Shown here: positions 28,700 to 38,663 of the stretch, piece after piece
How the letters are laid out: each line of letters begins with the position of its first letter
How positions within the stretch are numbered: position 1 is the stretch's first letter
NCBI GenBank assembly: GCA_963698465.1
Contig: CAVOQY010000013.1
Location: 420,559-484,558, forward strand
DNA: 64,000 bases
Reading direction: 5' to 3'
Source of the DNA: an uncultured delta proteobacterium
Lineage (GTDB): Bacteria > Desulfobacterota > Desulfobacteria > Desulfobacterales > UBA2156
The notes under the pieces: generated by a model
Databases searched by the model: none
What the model saw: the letters and a program-made list of their open reading frames with translations, nothing else
Told to the model about the DNA's origin: nothing
Translations under genes and position numbers: made by a program

Positions 28700-30477
28700 G
28701 CGCCCTAACCCGCGATGAGGCCGTCCGACGGTTTTATCTAAAGCATCTGCCAGGATGTCGCATTGAAGAACGCCGCCTGGAAGCCCCCTGCCCTTTTTGT
28801 GCCTCGGTTAAATCCGGGGCCTCCGGTCTCCTGACGGTGGACCTGGATCCGGGCAGCGGGTTTTTCGGATATTTTCGATGTACCCAACGCTGTTCTCCAG
28901 GGGGATTTCCGGCTTTTTTCGCTAAAAGAAGCGGCATCGACCCCGCAAGCGTTCCGGGATTCGATCCGGACCGAGAGCCTTTTGTCCGCGATACGGTTCT
29001 CCCCACTAAAAACCTCAATCTCGAAGTCACCCGCTTCCAGGCGCTTCTGGGCGAAAGCCAGGATGCTTTTTTCGGTCGTCTCAACATCTCCCACGCCGTC
29101 GTCCGGGAGATGGGGATCGGGTACAACGGAAGATATCTGGTGTTTCCCTACCTCCTGGAAGATGGAAATTGCTATGCCGCCCACTGCATCTTGCCGGAAC
29201 GGGAAGAGGACAGTTTCTGGCAGGGTGACTCGACGTACACAACGGGCGATTTCAGAATCTACAATGTCCAGGAAATCGAAAGATGCGAAGGCGGGGCCCT
29301 CTGCATCACGGAGGGGGAAATCAACCTGCTGGCGCTCAAGCAGCTCGGCTACCCAGGGATCGCCGTCCCCCATGTCGACGATTTAAAAATCCTGACTCCG
29401 GAAAGGCTGGGGAAGGTCAAACGCATCTATTTGATCGTCAACCACTCTCCTGAGGCCGATGTGGCCGCCCGATCCCTGGCCGTCCGCCTCGGGCATAAAT
29501 CCCGAATTCTCAAATGGCCTTTTCATCTGAGGCGGGGATACCACCTGAGGGATCTGGCACAGGACACAGGGGATGCGTTCGAGACGGCCTTTTCCCGCAT
29601 GCTTTTTGCTTCCAAAGCTTTCTCCCCGTTTTCACCCCCGGAAAGGGAACACCGCCTGCTCTTGCAGAGCCTGGAGCGCGAAAAAGGGAAAACACTTCTC
29701 GGGATGCCCACCGGGTTTAAAAAATTGGACCTGGCCCTAAACGGCCTTCGTGGCCTCAACATCCTGGGAGGACCGCCCAAGGCAGGGAAGTCCTGTTTCT
29801 TCATGCAGGTCTCCACCGAGATGGCCAAGAACCGCATTCCCGTGATCTATTACGATTTCGAAAACGGCCGCCAGAAGATCTACGAAAGGACGCTGTGCCG
29901 CTTCAGCCGGCTCTCTGAAAAAAAGATCCGTATCGGCGGCCTGGACCCAACCCTCAGGGATCGCCTCGACGCCGCCACCTATGCGATCCGGGAGATCCTC
30001 CCCTTTTTTCGGGTGGTGACAGACCGCCAACTCAGCCCGGAGATCATGAAAAGAAAGATCGATTTCCTGCAGCATGAAACCGGCACCGATTTCACCCTGG
30101 TGGTCATCGACAGCCTCCACAAGCTCCCCTTCAAGAACCTCTCCGAACGCAGGACCGGCATCGACGAATGGCTTCGGAACATGGAATCCATCCGGGACGA
30201 ACAGAACGTGACCTTCCTGGTGACCTCGGAATTGTCGAGAGGCGCGGGAGGGCGTTACGACCGCACGCCGGACATGGCCTCTTTCAAAGAGTCCGGGGAT
30301 ATCGAGTACAGTGCAGACAACGCCATGATTCTGATGCCGGATTGGGACCCCCTGGATCCCATTTCCGAAAAGCAGCGAAAAAACGTCTTGTTCTTGGTGG
30401 CAAGCAGGGAAAACAGCCCGGGGAAAGTGGCGGAATACGCCCTGGAATATCCCTTCTGGGCTTTCCGGGAGCTTTAA
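28696..30477 (+). CDS. Bifunctional primase-helicase-like protein (Cys4 zinc ribbon + TOPRIM-like domain + DnaB/RecA-fold NTPase), T7 gp4/Twinkle-like architecture
   Basis: GTG start overlapping the dehydrogenase stop (GTGA). N-terminal CPFC...CTQRC. TOPRIM glutamate context LCITEGEINLLAL. C-terminal Walker A GGPPKAGKSCF, Walker B LVVIDSLHKL, and a DnaB H3-like FLVTSELSRG. Confidence 0.7.
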   Translation: MSALTRDEAVRRFYLKHLPGCRIEERRLEAPCPFCASVKSGASGLLTVDLDPGSGFFGYFRCTQRCSPGGFPAFFAKRSGIDPASVPGFDPDREPFVRDTVLPTKNLNLEVTRFQALLGESQDAFFGRLNISHAVVREMGIGYNGRYLVFPYLLEDGNCYAAHCILPEREEDSFWQGDSTYTTGDFRIYNVQEIERCEGGALCITEGEINLLALKQLGYPGIAVPHVDDLKILTPERLGKVKRIYLIVNHSPEADVAARSLAVRLGHKSRILKWPFHLRRGYHLRDLAQDTGDAFETAFSRMLFASKAFSPFSPPEREHRLLLQSLEREKGKTLLGMPTGFKKLDLALNGLRGLNILGGPPKAGKSCFFMQVSTEMAKNRIPVIYYDFENGRQKIYERTLCRFSRLSEKKIRIGGLDPTLRDRLDAATYAIREILPFFRVVTDRQLSPEIMKRKIDFLQHETGTDFTLVVIDSLHKLPFKNLSERRTGIDEWLRNMESIRDEQNVTFLVTSELSRGAGGRYDRTPDMASFKESGDIEYSADNAMILMPDWDPLDPISEKQRKNVLFLVASRENSPGKVAEYALEYPFWAFREL

Positions 30478-30520
30478 GGGCCAAGCCGGATTTTGCGCAG
30501 CAAACGGACCGCCAAGAAGG

Positions 30521-31711
30521 TCATTTCCTCATCATTAAAGCCATCATTTCCGCGGCCAGGTCCGCAAAGGCCGCTTCGTTGATATGCCAATCCGCCTCCC
30601 GCACCTCGATGCGGGGATCCAGCCTTTTCTTGACTCGTCGGACAAAGGCGGAAGCGATTTTAGGATCGTGGAGCGGCCCCCCGGGGATATCGGCCTCCGA
30701 CCACCCCCTGTTGGGGATCAACAACTTCGTCCCATCCGGATCCAAGTTCATCTTTTCCGAAAGCTGATCGGCGATCAAAAGCGATTCCTCCTGACTGAGA
30801 CGGATGGCGCTGCGAAAATCGTAGTAAAAAATCTTGCGATCCTGAAAGGCCTCCGGAACCGTATCCCGGGTGAATTCCAGCACCGCGCAATCGAGTCCGC
30901 CCGGGACCACAAGCCGGGGCACAGGCTTTGCGAGCGGGGGTTTGAGCCTTTCAGGGCCGATTCCCCGGCAGTAACCGCCTTTCAGCGCATCTGCCAGTTC
31001 ATGGGTGGCAAGGTCCAGGATACCGTCGAAAAAACCCTCCCCGGCCAACTCTTCCATGGCCATGCCCCCGGTACCGTTGGCGTGGAAAGGGATCACTTCG
31101 TACCCGAAGGTTTCCAGCCGCTTCCTGAGGTGCTCCGCTGCCTCCGTGATGAAGCCGAAGAAGGTCAGGGCGACGCGTTTTCGAAAGCCTTCCGGTTTCC
31201 ACCGGCTCCGGGCCATGCCGCAAACCGCTCCGGCCGCCCGGTCCAGGATCATGCCTGAGAGGCTGTTGACCCCCAAGATGTCGACCACGCTGTGGATCAT
31301 GGTGATGTCCTTGGTTCCCACCACCGGACCCATGTCCTTGGCCGCCACGGTGGAAACCATCACTTTGGGTACACCCAGGGGGAGCGCCTTCATGACGCCC
31401 GTCCCCAGGTGGGTTCCCGTCCCGCCGCCCGCAGAGATCACGCCGTCGATTTGCCCTTCCCGGTAAAGGGCCTTGATGGTTTTTTGCGCAAGGGATCGAA
31501 CGGCTGCAATGGCCGCATCCCGCCGCTTCAAGGAGGAGGGATCCGTCCTTTCGAGTTCCCGATACATATCCCTGTCGGCAGGAAACGGCGAGGGGCGACG
31601 GGTCCCAACGTGAAGGGTCAGCGTTTCAAACCCGTGCTCCCCGATTCTTTCTTTGAGAAAGAGATGTTCTTCCCCCTTGGTGTCGAAGGTCCCTACGATT
31701 GCAATGGCCAT
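30521..31711 (-). CDS. UPF0261 / Tm-1-like ATP-binding domain protein
   Basis: 396 aa with the N-terminus IAIVGTFDTKGEE typical of the family. Confidence 0.75.
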   Translation of the reverse strand: MAIAIVGTFDTKGEEHLFLKERIGEHGFETLTLHVGTRRPSPFPADRDMYRELERTDPSSLKRRDAAIAAVRSLAQKTIKALYREGQIDGVISAGGGTGTHLGTGVMKALPLGVPKVMVSTVAAKDMGPVVGTKDITMIHSVVDILGVNSLSGMILDRAAGAVCGMARSRWKPEGFRKRVALTFFGFITEAAEHLRKRLETFGYEVIPFHANGTGGMAMEELAGEGFFDGILDLATHELADALKGGYCRGIGPERLKPPLAKPVPRLVVPGGLDCAVLEFTRDTVPEAFQDRKIFYYDFRSAIRLSQEESLLIADQLSEKMNLDPDGTKLLIPNRGWSEADIPGGPLHDPKIASAFVRRVKKRLDPRIEVREADWHINEAAFADLAAEMMALMMRK

Positions 31712-31747
31712 GTGCTTTTTTGCCTCGATTCCGACTCAATTTGCGCC

Positions 31748-34473
31748 TTAAAGCGCCCATTTGTCCTTTGGAAGCGGGATGGCGAACGAAAAAATGGACC
31801 CTTTTCCCAGTTCGCTTTCCACCCAGATCCGGCCATGGTGATAGTCGATGATCCGTTTCGCGATGGACAGCCCCAGCCCGCTGCCAGGCGGCCGTCCCCT
31901 TGAAGTGTCACGGACCTGCTGGAAGGTTTCGAAGATGACTTCCTGGTTGTCCGGGCTGATGCCGATCCCGTTGTCCTGGACTTCCACCCGGATCCGGTCT
32001 TCTTCCGCCGTGAGGCCAATGGTGATTTTTCCCGTATCCGGTTCACAGAATTTAACCGCGTTGGAGATGAGATTGACCATCACCTGGACCAGGCGGTCCT
32101 GGTCTCCCTCCACGAGCGGGACTTGGTCGGGAACCCGGACCTCCACCGACAAATGCTTATTCTTGATCATCTGATCGGTGGCGATGAGGGCCTCGTCGAT
32201 GACATTGCCCACATCCACATTCGTAATCTGCCACTCCACCTTCCCAGACTCGATTTTCTGGAAATCCAGGACCTGACTGATGAGCCGGGTCAGCCGCTCG
32301 CTTTCATGGATGACGATCCCGGAAAAATGCTTACGCTTCAGGATATCGATGTCCGGATTGTCATAAAGGATTTCGGCCAGAGACCGGATGGAGGTGATGG
32401 GGGTTCGAAGTTCATGGGTAACGGTGGAGATGAAATCGTCCTTGAGACGGTCCAGTTCTTTCAGGCGCTCGTTGGCCGTCTTGAGCTCGCGGGTTGCTCT
32501 TTCCAATTCCCGACTGTACATGATCACCTGCCGGGTTTCATCCAGGATGTCCATCACTTCGTCGATGCCCAGGGCCTCTTCCTTGACAACGGAGGCCACC
32601 ATCACGCGCGCCGAAGACGAACCAATGGCCCCGGCGAGAAGTTTTTCCGCATAGCCGACGAATCCGGCTTCCGCCTCCACTGAGCGCTCCCAGTCTTTGT
32701 CCTGCCCCTTGGCATAATCCGCAATGGCTTCGTCCGCACGCTGTTTTCCCAAGACCGCTTCCAAAAGGGAGCGTAAATCCGGAATGGTAGCGGTCCCCCT
32801 CCAGAAAGCGGGCCTGTCGACCTGCCCGGAATAGCGAAAAATATCCACGAACAAAGCGGCCTGGGAGTGCTCCATGGCGGTGGGTTGACCGAAAAGGGAA
32901 ACCCCGACATAAAAACCGGTATTCAAGAGGAGGCTCCAGAAAATCGCATGGGAAATGTGATCGAAATTTTGAAGGCCGAAGAGTTGAAACGGCTTCAACA
33001 AGGTGATCCCGAAAGGCCCTTCGGAAACGAATTCGGGGGGAGGATGCCCGCCTGGACCAGCGACGGCAGCACGAGGGTATAGAGCCACACCACAAATCCG
33101 GCCACAAGACCGGTCAGCGTCCCCAGGCGGGTTCCCCGCTTCCAAAAAATGCCGCCCAAGATGGCCGGCGCGAATTGGGCCACGGCCGCAAATGAAATCA
33201 AACCTAAAGAAACCAGCGGATAGAACTCTCCGATGAGATGGAAATGCGTGTAACCGAAGAGCAAAACCAGAATGATGCTGAAGCGGCGTATGACGATGAG
33301 GATATTGCTGATGTCACTCCTCTTGGCGAGTCGGCGAGAAAATCTTCTCAGCAGAATCGGCATGATCAAGTCATTGCAGATCATGGTGGAAAGGGCCACG
33401 GTCTCCACGATGACCATCCCCGTCGCCGCAGACATGCCTCCGATGAAAACCAACAGCGCCAGCCATTGCCGGTGCTCGGCCATGGGCAGCGTCAGGACGA
33501 AGGTGTCCGCATCCACGGCGGATCCCATGAAATGCATCAGCCCTCCGATGGCCACGGGCAGCACAAAAATATTGATGGCCAGCAGATAAAGCGGAAAGAG
33601 CCAGATGGCCTTGTTGAGATGCTCTTCGTTGACGTTTTCCACCACCGTCACCTGGAACTGTCTGGGAAGAAACATGACCGCCAGCATGGAAAGCAGGATG
33701 TACATCCCCCAGTCGGTGTAGGCACCGGGATTATCTTCGAACATGAAGAGTCTTCTGAGTTCTTCCGATTCGCCGGCTTTCCGGACGATGTCCCCGAAAC
33801 CGTCGTAGACCCAGTAGGTGACGAACACGCCCAGGGCGATGAAAGCCGCAAGCTTCACCACCGATTCGAAAGCGATGGCGGCCACGAGCCCCTCGTGCCT
33901 CTCGGTGGCCTCCAGGTGCCGCGTCCCGAACAAGATGGCGAAAAGGGCCAGCAAAAGCGCGATGTAAAAGGCCGTGTCCTTCAAGAAGGGAATCTGGCCG
34001 AAATCCACATCCATGGTAATCTGGGGGTATTGCTTGATGAGAAGATAACTGGTGGAAATGGCCTTCAGCTGGAGGGAGATGTAGGGGATGATCCCCAACA
34101 CGGCAATGACGGTGACCACACCCCCCAGGGTCATGCTCTTGCCGTAGCGGGAGGCGATGAAATCGGCGATGGAAGTGATGCGGTGCACCTTGCTGATCCG
34201 AATGATTTTTCTTAGAACCAGCAGGCCCAAGGCTGCCGTGAGGGTGGGTCCGATGTAGATGGGCAGGAAACCGAGGCCCGACTTCGCGGCACGCCCCACG
34301 CTCCCGTAGAAGGTCCATGCCGTGCAGTAGACCGCCAGGGAAAGGGCGTAGATGTAAGGGTTGCTGATGATGCTTTTCCCCATGTCCGCCCGCTTGTCTC
34401 CGTAATAGGCGATGGCGAACAGGAGGGCCACGTATCCGAAAGCAAAAAGGAGGATGACGCCGGTGACAAGCAC
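31748..34473 (-). pseudogene. CbrA/CrbS-like sensor histidine kinase with an N-terminal sodium:solute symporter (SLC5) domain, split by a frameshift
   Basis: ORF 32995-34560 (SSS domain) and ORF 31748-33145 (last TM helices, linker, HisKA STVTHELRTPITSI, HATPase) overlap in different frames. The frames join at ...LVQAGILPP|EFVSEGPFGITLL... in a G6 run at 33035-33040. The likely start is GTG at 34473 after a GAGG RBS. Confidence 0.75.
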
Positions 34474-34481
34474 TTCAGGCC

Positions 34482-34706
34482 TCAGCCGGGAAACCGGTTC
34501 CCGCCGGATCGGGGTCCCTGTCGGGTTGCCAGGGCGATCGAAAGGATCAGCACGATCCACGTCACAAAGACATAAAGGTACAGCAGGGGAATCCCAAAAA
34601 ACAGGACCCGCTGGTTGAACAGGGAGATGACGGGGTAGCTGAAGAGAATGCCCCCGAGAAGGAACAGGGCCGTGAGGCGCCGGGCCTTTTCTTTATCGCC
34701 GGTCAT
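34482..34706 (-). CDS. Small two-TM membrane protein upstream of the SSS-domain gene
   Basis: 74 aa with two hydrophobic helices. Its stop lies 8 nt before the GTG start of the symporter-kinase. The arrangement resembles the small accessory proteins often found upstream of SSS genes. Confidence 0.5.
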   Translation of the reverse strand: MTGDKEKARRLTALFLLGGILFSYPVISLFNQRVLFFGIPLLYLYVFVTWIVLILSIALATRQGPRSGGNRFPG

Positions 34707-34902
34707 GGGATCTTTCCTCGCCGGGGGTATCGACGGCCGGACGAAATGGAAAACCGGGCGGTATCATCAGGCTCAATCCGATGGCCAATCCCGCCGATTT
34801 TTCTACAAGGGGCCTATACGGCTTTTCAACAAGGGTGTCAAGCAGGAAGCCGATTCGGCGTTTCCGCCCTCCACTCAAAAACTTAAAGACCCGGGCAGGG
34901 AA

Positions 34903-36180
34903 TCACGCGGCTTGATTTTGTAAGGGCAGACTCACCCCCCCGTGCGTCAGGACGCCGACGCAGGCCTTTTGCCTTTTTCCCCTCAGCGCGACGGCCAGGG
35001 CTTCTTCAATCGACGCATAATAGGCAAATCCCATCCGGCCGGCATCTTTTGCACTGAGGCCGAATGAAACCAGGCCGATCTTGATACGCTTTTTCATTCG
35101 AGCCAGGGGAACCGCCAGTGCGCACGCCACCGGATCTTCCGCCTTCCCGGATTCCAGCAGGGAAAGAAGACGGTTTGGATCTTCACCGAGATAATCTGCG
35201 AAGCGCGGATGCGTTCGATTCCCCTCCCTGCAATGCGTCAACAGGATCAGCGTCCCCCCGTCGCGCGTCATCAATTCGCCGCTTGCGATGGCCTTGGTGC
35301 TTTGCCAAAAATCGATTTGCGCAGGAAACGCGTTGGAGATGACCACCGGATAGCGCGTCGCAAACGGACATCCATAGACTTCGACGGCGAACTTGACGCC
35401 GGCCCGGTGGGCTTTGATGAAGTCTCCGGCAACGCATCGATACAAGGATCCGTCGCCGTTCAGGACGGCATTCAAGATAAAATCGAGTCCGATTCGCTCG
35501 CCTACGAAGGCTTCCAGGTCCATCCGCAAAGGCGCATGGACCACCCCGAGCTGGTTTCCGGGTATGGCCGCCTGTCGGGAATGGAAAGCATCAACCGTAC
35601 GACGGCTGCAGACTCCCGGCAAAAGGTTTTTGGCACCGCCGCTGAAGCCGGTATCCATATGGGGCGTAATCATGCCGACGCCGATGCGAACGTCGGCATC
35701 CGCAACCGCACGGTTGACATAACCCGGAATCCCTTTTGAGGAGGTGCCCATGTAGACCATTTCCGGATCATGGCTGGAGGGAATGTTCGTCACCTGGAAT
35801 GCATCCCTAATGGAGGACCCGATCTTGGTCAGGATCTCGGATTCCGTCATGGGCCGATGGGTCCCAAGGGCAAAGACGATGCGGATATCTTCTTGAAATA
35901 CCCCTGCCTTGAATAATTCGGCGATAAGAGGCGGCAGCATCAACTGCGTGGGTGTGCCCCGGGAAATGTCATCGATGACCAGCGCAACTTTTTGTCCAGG
36001 GCTGACGATTTGGGACAAAGGGGGGGAATCAATAGGGTGGGCCAACGCCGATTGAATGACGGCCTCGGCATCGCCTCCTCCTTCAAACGTCCGGGGGCAG
36101 ATCACCTCCCCCAATTTTTTGGGTGAAATCTCCAACAGGAGAGAGTCGTCGCCATAAGGGAATTCGACGGTTGCCATCAC
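34903..36180 (-). CDS. LarA-family nickel-pincer-dependent 2-hydroxyacid racemase/epimerase homolog (DUF2088)
   Basis: 425 aa with the LarA-like layout (VALVIDDISRGTP, ALGTHRPMTESE, GMITPHMDTGFSGGAK). Confidence 0.8.
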   Translation of the reverse strand: MMATVEFPYGDDSLLLEISPKKLGEVICPRTFEGGGDAEAVIQSALAHPIDSPPLSQIVSPGQKVALVIDDISRGTPTQLMLPPLIAELFKAGVFQEDIRIVFALGTHRPMTESEILTKIGSSIRDAFQVTNIPSSHDPEMVYMGTSSKGIPGYVNRAVADADVRIGVGMITPHMDTGFSGGAKNLLPGVCSRRTVDAFHSRQAAIPGNQLGVVHAPLRMDLEAFVGERIGLDFILNAVLNGDGSLYRCVAGDFIKAHRAGVKFAVEVYGCPFATRYPVVISNAFPAQIDFWQSTKAIASGELMTRDGGTLILLTHCREGNRTHPRFADYLGEDPNRLLSLLESGKAEDPVACALAVPLARMKKRIKIGLVSFGLSAKDAGRMGFAYYASIEEALAVALRGKRQKACVGVLTHGGVSLPLQNQAA

Positions 36181-36292
36181 TTAAGCCTTTTCCGCACCCG
36201 CAATTCAATAAACCGCCTTGAGTCTTGAACCCCAGGATCCAGAGCTGAAAAAAACCCACAAAAAGTTTTTCATCCGCGTTTTGGAGGATCGT

Positions 36293-36967
36293 TCATGCCC
36301 GTGTCGCCTCGAATCCCGGAAGGCTCAACCGCTTTTCAGCAAAGTTGAGAATCCAGGTTGCTATGGATACCAGCATCAGGTAAATAGCCCCGGCGATGAA
36401 GAACATTTCGGTGTACTTAAAATACAAGGAAGCCAGGATCTTGGCCTCCCCCGTGAGTTCGATGCAGGTCACCATATAAGCCAATGAGGAATATTTGATC
36501 AGGTAGATAATTTCATTGCCGCTTCCGGGAAGCGCTCTGCGGACGGCTTGGGGCAGAAGGATCGAGAAGAGCGCCTGCATCTTGCTGAAACCCAGGGATT
36601 GAGCCCCAAGCATTTGGCCTTTTTTAATCGAAAGAAGAGCCCCGCGCACGTACTCCGAATGATAGGCGCCGCTGCACAGGGAAAACCCGATCACTGCGGC
36701 CGCGTAGGGCGTGAGATAGATGCCGAAGCGCGCCAGTCCGAAATACCAGAGATAAAGCTGGATCAGCAGCGGAAATCCTCGAAAAAACAGGACATAGGTA
36801 TCTGCCAGGCGTTTCAGCATTGGGTGGCCGTAGAGTCGGAGCACCCCCGAGAGCACGCCGAGGATCAGGCCGAAAACCGCCGAAGGCACGATCAATTGAA
36901 TACTGATCCAAAGCCCCCTCAGCATCGCTGGAGCCACTTCCTGGCGTATAAACACGAATTCGTCCAT
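36293..36967 (-). CDS. Polar amino acid ABC transporter permease
   Basis: HisM/Q-type permease. ORF opens at 37087, but the ATG at 36967 lies 16 nt after the upstream ATPase stop. Confidence 0.85.
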   Translation of the reverse strand: MDEFVFIRQEVAPAMLRGLWISIQLIVPSAVFGLILGVLSGVLRLYGHPMLKRLADTYVLFFRGFPLLIQLYLWYFGLARFGIYLTPYAAAVIGFSLCSGAYHSEYVRGALLSIKKGQMLGAQSLGFSKMQALFSILLPQAVRRALPGSGNEIIYLIKYSSLAYMVTCIELTGEAKILASLYFKYTEMFFIAGAIYLMLVSIATWILNFAEKRLSLPGFEATRA

Positions 36968-36983
36968 AACCGATTCGGCTTCC

Positions 36984-37736
36984 TTATCCGTTTTTCTTGA
37001 TCTTCGAGCAGAATTCACGGGTTCGGCTGCACTCGGCATCCGATAAAATCTTTTCCGGCGGCCCCTGCTCCAAAATAAGGCCTTCATTCATGAAGAAAAT
37101 TTCATGGGCCAAGTAACGGGCGAATCCAAGCTCGTGGGTAACCAGCATCATGGTCATCCCTCCTGCGGCAAGGTCCTGAATCACCGCATGCACTTCACCG
37201 ATCAGTTCGGGATCCAGGGCAGAAGTCGGCTCGTCCAGCAGCATCACTTTGGGATCCATCGCCAGTGCCCGGGCGATGGAAACCCTTTGTTTTTGGCCTC
37301 CGGAAAGCTCTGCCGGATATTTCATCAGGTGTTCTTCGAGCCCGACGCGCTTCAATTCAGCGGTCGCTCTTTGTCTGGCTTCCTTTTGGCTCAGCCCCTT
37401 GACTCGAACGAGGCCGATTTGAACATTCTGGAGCGCATTGAGGTGGTCGAACAGATTAAACTCCTGAAAGATCATTCCCACCTTCTGCCGGTAGGCATAA
37501 AGCGCACGTTTGTTGGAAGGATCGACTTCTATTTCATTTAACCAGATGCGTCCCTCGTCAAATTTGACTAAAAAATTCATGCAATGCAAAAGGGTGCTTT
37601 TCCCGCTTCCGGAGGGCCCGATCATCACCTTGATGTCGCCCTCGCGGAGTTTAAAAGAAATTCCCCTCAAGATCTCATGGTTGCCATATCGCTTTTTGAT
37701 GCCCTGTCCTCTCAGGACGATTTTCTTCTCAGCCAT
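36984..37736 (-). CDS. Polar amino acid ABC transporter ATP-binding protein
   Basis: Walker A GPSGSGKST, LSGGQKQRVSIARAL, LLDEPTSALD. ORF opens at 37859; the ATG at 37736 (MAEKKIVLRG) is the likely start. Confidence 0.9.
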   Translation of the reverse strand: MAEKKIVLRGQGIKKRYGNHEILRGISFKLREGDIKVMIGPSGSGKSTLLHCMNFLVKFDEGRIWLNEIEVDPSNKRALYAYRQKVGMIFQEFNLFDHLNALQNVQIGLVRVKGLSQKEARQRATAELKRVGLEEHLMKYPAELSGGQKQRVSIARALAMDPKVMLLDEPTSALDPELIGEVHAVIQDLAAGGMTMMLVTHELGFARYLAHEIFFMNEGLILEQGPPEKILSDAECSRTREFCSKIKKNG

Positions 37737-37750
37737 GAAAAGCATCTTTC

Positions 37751-38425
37751 CTAATGTGCATAACCCTTGATGGCCGTTTTGCATTGGATGAAATGAAACA
37801 GTCGGGTCCCCAGGTAGGTCAAAGCCAGGAAAACAAATCCGGCAAACAAATAAAGCCAAAAATGCTGATAGGTTCTGGAAGCCACATGATTGGCTCTGGC
37901 CATGATTTCAGCGACACCGAGGGCATAGGTCACCGCAGAATCTTTCATGATGATGGTATATTCGTTGGTCCAGCCGGGGATGGCCAGTCGAAGTGCCTGC
38001 GGCATAATCACAAAAACGATTGCCTTGGTATCGCTCATTCCGATGGCGCGTGCCGCCTTCAGCTGGCCGTCAGGCAAGGAAAGAATCGCCCCTCTCAAGA
38101 TCTGCGACTGGTATGCGGAGCTGATGAGCCCCAAAACGATGATGGAGACGGTGAAAGCGGAAAGATCCACATCGAGTGCCGTCAACAGCCCGAAATAAAA
38201 CAGGAAAAGCAAAACCAAAAGGGGAACGCCTCGAAAGAACCAGACGTAGAGGCCCACCAGCCGCCGCAAAAGACGGTTGCCGTAGACTTGCGCCACCGAT
38301 AAGAAAAGCCCCAGTATCAAGCCCATCGTCAGGGCTCCGGCGACCACGGTCAGGGTCACCCAGACGCCTTTAAGAATATAGGGAAACCCCTCTGCAATCG
38401 CATTTAATCCCGGCGACACGCCCAT
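37751..38425 (-). CDS. Polar amino acid ABC transporter permease
   Basis: 224-aa HisM/Q-type permease. Confidence 0.85.
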   Translation of the reverse strand: MGVSPGLNAIAEGFPYILKGVWVTLTVVAGALTMGLILGLFLSVAQVYGNRLLRRLVGLYVWFFRGVPLLVLLFLFYFGLLTALDVDLSAFTVSIIVLGLISSAYQSQILRGAILSLPDGQLKAARAIGMSDTKAIVFVIMPQALRLAIPGWTNEYTIIMKDSAVTYALGVAEIMARANHVASRTYQHFWLYLFAGFVFLALTYLGTRLFHFIQCKTAIKGYAH

Positions 38426-38625
38426 GACGGTATCCTCCGGCTCTTGTCGGCATCAAGGCTTTCAAACGACGATGTCAGACGGTTAAACTTTACTCGGAAA
38501 CAAGGACCGGCAATCCCCGGAAGCGGATGTTGAGGGTTTCCGGTGTGCCGGTAAGGAACACGGTCTGCAAAGAGGTAGAAAATCAGACAAGGGGCTGCGC
38601 GAAGTAAAATCGGATAAGGTCGGAA

Positions 38626-38642
38626 CTCCCGCGAAGCGGGAG
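38626..38642 (-). terminator. Intra-operon GC-rich stem-loop after the binding-protein gene
   Basis: CTCCCGC-GAA-GCGGGAG, 22 nt downstream of the SBP stop on the minus strand, inside a 238-nt gap before the permease gene. Confidence 0.4.
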
Positions 38643-38663
38643 CCCCGACCCTGACCTGCCCTC

